This document shows positions 61,319-64,000 of a stretch of 64,000 nt of DNA, one piece after another. A program made the translations under genes and the position numbers. Source of the stretch: Massilia sp. (GTDB lineage Bacteria; Pseudomonadota; Gammaproteobacteria; Burkholderiales; Burkholderiaceae_D); the NCBI GenBank assembly GCA_045810445.1, contig JBJMVX010000276.1, positions 954 to 64,953 of the forward strand, in the 5' to 3' direction. Numbering within the stretch: the stretch's first letter is position 1; every line of letters begins with the position of its first letter. The notes beneath the pieces were generated by a model. The model saw nothing but the letters and a program-made list of their open reading frames with translations, had not been told where the DNA came from and did no database searches.

Positions 61319-61899
61319 TGATCAAGGTCGAACCGGTCACCCTCGAATTTAATGGCGTGCGCCTGGAGCCACTGGCACGCGCGCACGCGGACGGCCTGCG
61401 CGCCGCCGCCTGCGATGGCGAACTATGGAAGCTGCGCGTGACCTCCGTGCCCGAAGCGCACCTGGTCGAACAATACATAGACACGGCGCTCGGCATGGGT
61501 AACCGGCTCGCCTTTGCCGTCATCGATGCGGCCACCGGTACGGTGATGGGCACCAGCAGTTACCACGACATCGTGCCCGAGATCGACCGCGTGGAAATCG
61601 GCTGGACCTGGTACGCCAAAAGCCGCCAGCGCAGCCACGTGAACACCAGCTGCAAACTGGCGCTGCTCTCGCACGCCTTCGATACCCTGGGCTGCGCCGT
61701 CGTTGCACTGCGCACCGATAACTTTAACTATGCCTCGCAAGCGGCCATCGAACGCCTGGGCGCCAAGAAGGACGGCGTGCTGCGCCATACCACCATGCGG
61801 CGCGACGGCACGGTGCGCGACACTGTCCTGTACAGCATCATGCGCGGCGAGTGGCCCGAGATCAAATCGCACCTGCACGACAAGCTGCGAAGGGACTGA
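61318..61899 (+). CDS. GNAT (RimJ/RimL-type) N-acetyltransferase
   Basis: VEIGWTWY, N.ASQAAIERLGA..DGVLR, RDTVLYSI...EWP. Confidence 0.9.
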   Translation: MIKVEPVTLEFNGVRLEPLARAHADGLRAAACDGELWKLRVTSVPEAHLVEQYIDTALGMGNRLAFAVIDAATGTVMGTSSYHDIVPEIDRVEIGWTWYAKSRQRSHVNTSCKLALLSHAFDTLGCAVVALRTDNFNYASQAAIERLGAKKDGVLRHTTMRRDGTVRDTVLYSIMRGEWPEIKSHLHDKLRRD

Positions 61900-61900
61900 T

Positions 61901-63070
61901 GTGCTGATCGATTTCTTTTTTACGCTCAAGGATGCCAAGATCCCCGTCACGATCAAGGAATTCCTGACCCTGCTCGAAGCGATGGAGAAAAACGTCATCG
62001 GCGCCTCGATGGACGACTTCTATTACGTCTCGCGCCTGACGCTGGTCAAGGACGAGGCGCACTTCGACAAATTCGACCGCGCCTTTGCCCACTACTTCAA
62101 GGGCATCAACGCCGCCTTCGACAGCAACACCGGCATTCCCCTCGATTGGCTGATCAAGCGCATGGAGCGCGAGCTGACGGCGGAACAAAAGGCCCAGCTT
62201 GAAAAATTCGGCTACGACAAGCTGATGGACCGCTTCAATGAACTGCTCAAGGAACAGAAGGAGCGTCACGAAGGCGGCAGCAAATGGATAGGCACAGGCG
62301 GCACCTCGCCGTTTGGCAATGGCGGCACCAACCCGGAAGGCATCCGCATCGGCGGCGCGGGCGGCAACCGCACGGCTGTCAAGGTGTGGGAGCAGCGCGC
62401 CTACAAGGACTACGACGCCGAGCGCGAACTGGGTACCCGCAACATCAAGGTGGCGCTGCGGCGCCTGCGCAAATTCGCGCGCGAGGGCATTGAGGACGAA
62501 CTGGCGCTTGACGCCACCATCCGCGCCACCGCCAGCAACGCGGGCTACCTCGATATCAAGATGCAGCCCGAGCGCAAGAACAAGATCAAGGTGCTGATGC
62601 TGCTCGATGTGGGCGGCACCATGGACGACCATATCGAACGGGTCGAAGAACTGTTCTCGGCATCGAAGACCGAATTCAAGAACATGGAGTTCTTCTACTT
62701 CCATAACTGCGTGTACGACCACCTGTGGAAGAACAACCGGCGCCGCAACGCCGAGCGCTTCCCCACCTGGGACATCCTGCGCAAGTACCCACCCGATACC
62801 AAGTTGATCTTCGTGGGCGACGCCACCATGAGCCCCTACGAAGTGCTGGCCCCTGGTGGCTCGGTTGAATACAACAATGAAGAAGCGGGCGCCGAATGGC
62901 TGGCGCGCTTTTGTCATGCCTTCCCCAAGTTCATCTGGCTCAATCCGGAGCCGGAAGGCGTGTGGCAGTACCGGCAATCGATTTCCGTGATCCGCCAGAT
63001 CATGAATAACCGCATGTTCCCGCTCACGATCGCCGGCCTGGAAGGGGCGATGCGTTTATTGAGCAAATAA
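61901..63070 (+). CDS. VWA-domain (CoxE-like) protein
   Basis: WIGTGGTSPFG, LLDVGGTM MIDAS-like motif, VGDATMSPYE, WLNP; GTG start. Confidence 0.88.
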   Translation: MLIDFFFTLKDAKIPVTIKEFLTLLEAMEKNVIGASMDDFYYVSRLTLVKDEAHFDKFDRAFAHYFKGINAAFDSNTGIPLDWLIKRMERELTAEQKAQLEKFGYDKLMDRFNELLKEQKERHEGGSKWIGTGGTSPFGNGGTNPEGIRIGGAGGNRTAVKVWEQRAYKDYDAERELGTRNIKVALRRLRKFAREGIEDELALDATIRATASNAGYLDIKMQPERKNKIKVLMLLDVGGTMDDHIERVEELFSASKTEFKNMEFFYFHNCVYDHLWKNNRRRNAERFPTWDILRKYPPDTKLIFVGDATMSPYEVLAPGGSVEYNNEEAGAEWLARFCHAFPKFIWLNPEPEGVWQYRQSISVIRQIMNNRMFPLTIAGLEGAMRLLSK

Positions 63071-63172
63071 AGCCGGCAATAGCGCGCGCATTCCGCTATG
63101 CGGTATCGTGCGCGCCATGGCAAGTTATACAATTTCGCTGCAGTGCATCATGCCCTGCAACGAAAGGACGCC

Positions 63173-64000
63173 ATGCCCGATTTACTGAAAATCCTGACCG
63201 ACCTCGCATGGCCCGTGGCGATTTGCCTGGCCTGGCTGGCCGGTGAATTTGGCCAGCGCGTAACTGGCCTGCCGCGCATCAGCTTTTATGGCCTGGTCGG
63301 CTTCCTGCTGGCCGCGCCCCAGCTGGGCGTGCTGCCGCGTCCCGAAGCCGGCACCGTGCTGCTGCTGGCCGACGTTGCCTTCGGCCTGATCCTGTTCGAG
63401 CTCGGCTACCGCATCAACCTGCGCTGGCTGCGCACCAATCCGTGGATCGGCGTGTCCGGGCTGGCGGAAGCCCTGCTCACCTTCCTCGCCGTGTACTACA
63501 TCGCGCGGGGCTTCGGCGTGGCCGTCATCAATGCGCAGATGCTGGCCTCGCTGTCGATGGCGACCTCGCCGGCCACCGTGGTCCGCGTGATCAACGAACA
63601 GAAAAGCTCCGGCCAGGTGACGGAACGCGCCCTGCACCTGTGCGCGCTGAACTGCGTGCTGGCGGTGTTCGCCTTCAACGCCAGCGTCGGCTTGTGGATC
63701 TTCCGCACCTCGGAGGACGTCGGCGACGCCCTGTGGAACAGCCTGGTGGTGTTGGGCGTGTCCGCCTTTACCGGCGCCGTGTTCGGCCTGGCGGTGCCGG
63801 CCGTGCTGCGCCTGCTCGGCAAGCTGGCCCAGGATGCCACCGTCGCCTTCGCGCTGGCGGTGATCCTGCTGGTCTCGATCACCTATACGCTCGGGCTGTC
63901 GCCGGTGGTCGCCACCCTCGCCTTCGGCCTGATGGCGCGCCATCGCCGGGTCGCCTTCAGCCAGGCGCAGCGCAATTTCGGCGCCCTCGGCGAGCTGCTG
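63173..64000 (+). CDS. Cation:proton antiporter (CPA2-type), truncated by the window edge
   Basis: AAGGA RBS, ATG at 63173 (MPDLLKILTDLAWP), open and highly hydrophobic to the end; LILFELG and ATSPATV motifs; absent from the ORF track because it has no stop. Confidence 0.8.
   Translation, partial: MPDLLKILTDLAWPVAICLAWLAGEFGQRVTGLPRISFYGLVGFLLAAPQLGVLPRPEAGTVLLLADVAFGLILFELGYRINLRWLRTNPWIGVSGLAEALLTFLAVYYIARGFGVAVINAQMLASLSMATSPATVVRVINEQKSSGQVTERALHLCALNCVLAVFAFNASVGLWIFRTSEDVGDALWNSLVVLGVSAFTGAVFGLAVPAVLRLLGKLAQDATVAFALAVILLVSITYTLGLSPVVATLAFGLMARHRRVAFSQAQRNFGALGELL

Overview
This is GC-rich betaproteobacterial core chromosome. Gene order and protein sequences suggest Oxalobacteraceae (Massilia-like); that assignment is an inference. 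It holds about 58 genes, in order: hns, apaH, the algH-yqgF-pyrR-pyrB-pyrC'-acyltransferase operon, a photolyase, the Pil-Chp chemosensory cluster, rubredoxin, a ThiD-like gene, hemL, corA, mtgA/aroE/TonB-like/RNase II/ubiC/yqiA/mpl, tlpA-aroQ-accBC-prmA, a histone-H1-like gene, nrdAB with tandem NrdR boxes, pilSR, a sulfonate-type ABC transporter, ffh, a SWIB-domain protein, proS, rppH, two c-type cytochromes, three accessory genes, moxR-GNAT-VWA and a truncated cation:proton antiporter. I saw no rRNA, tRNA, transposase, integrase or CRISPR array. Three intergenic loci carry REP/dRS3-like palindromic repeats. The most unusual object is the ~1.4 kb non-coding stretch between nrdB and the H1-like gene. 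About 1 kb of it is bounded by terminator-like hairpins, is packed with CGCG/alternating purine-pyrimidine runs, short palindromes and A/T tracts, and has no GGCC or CCGG by hand scan. The remaining ~300 nt is a multi-hairpin leader of the histone-like gene. All calls come from reading motifs by eye; no database search was run.
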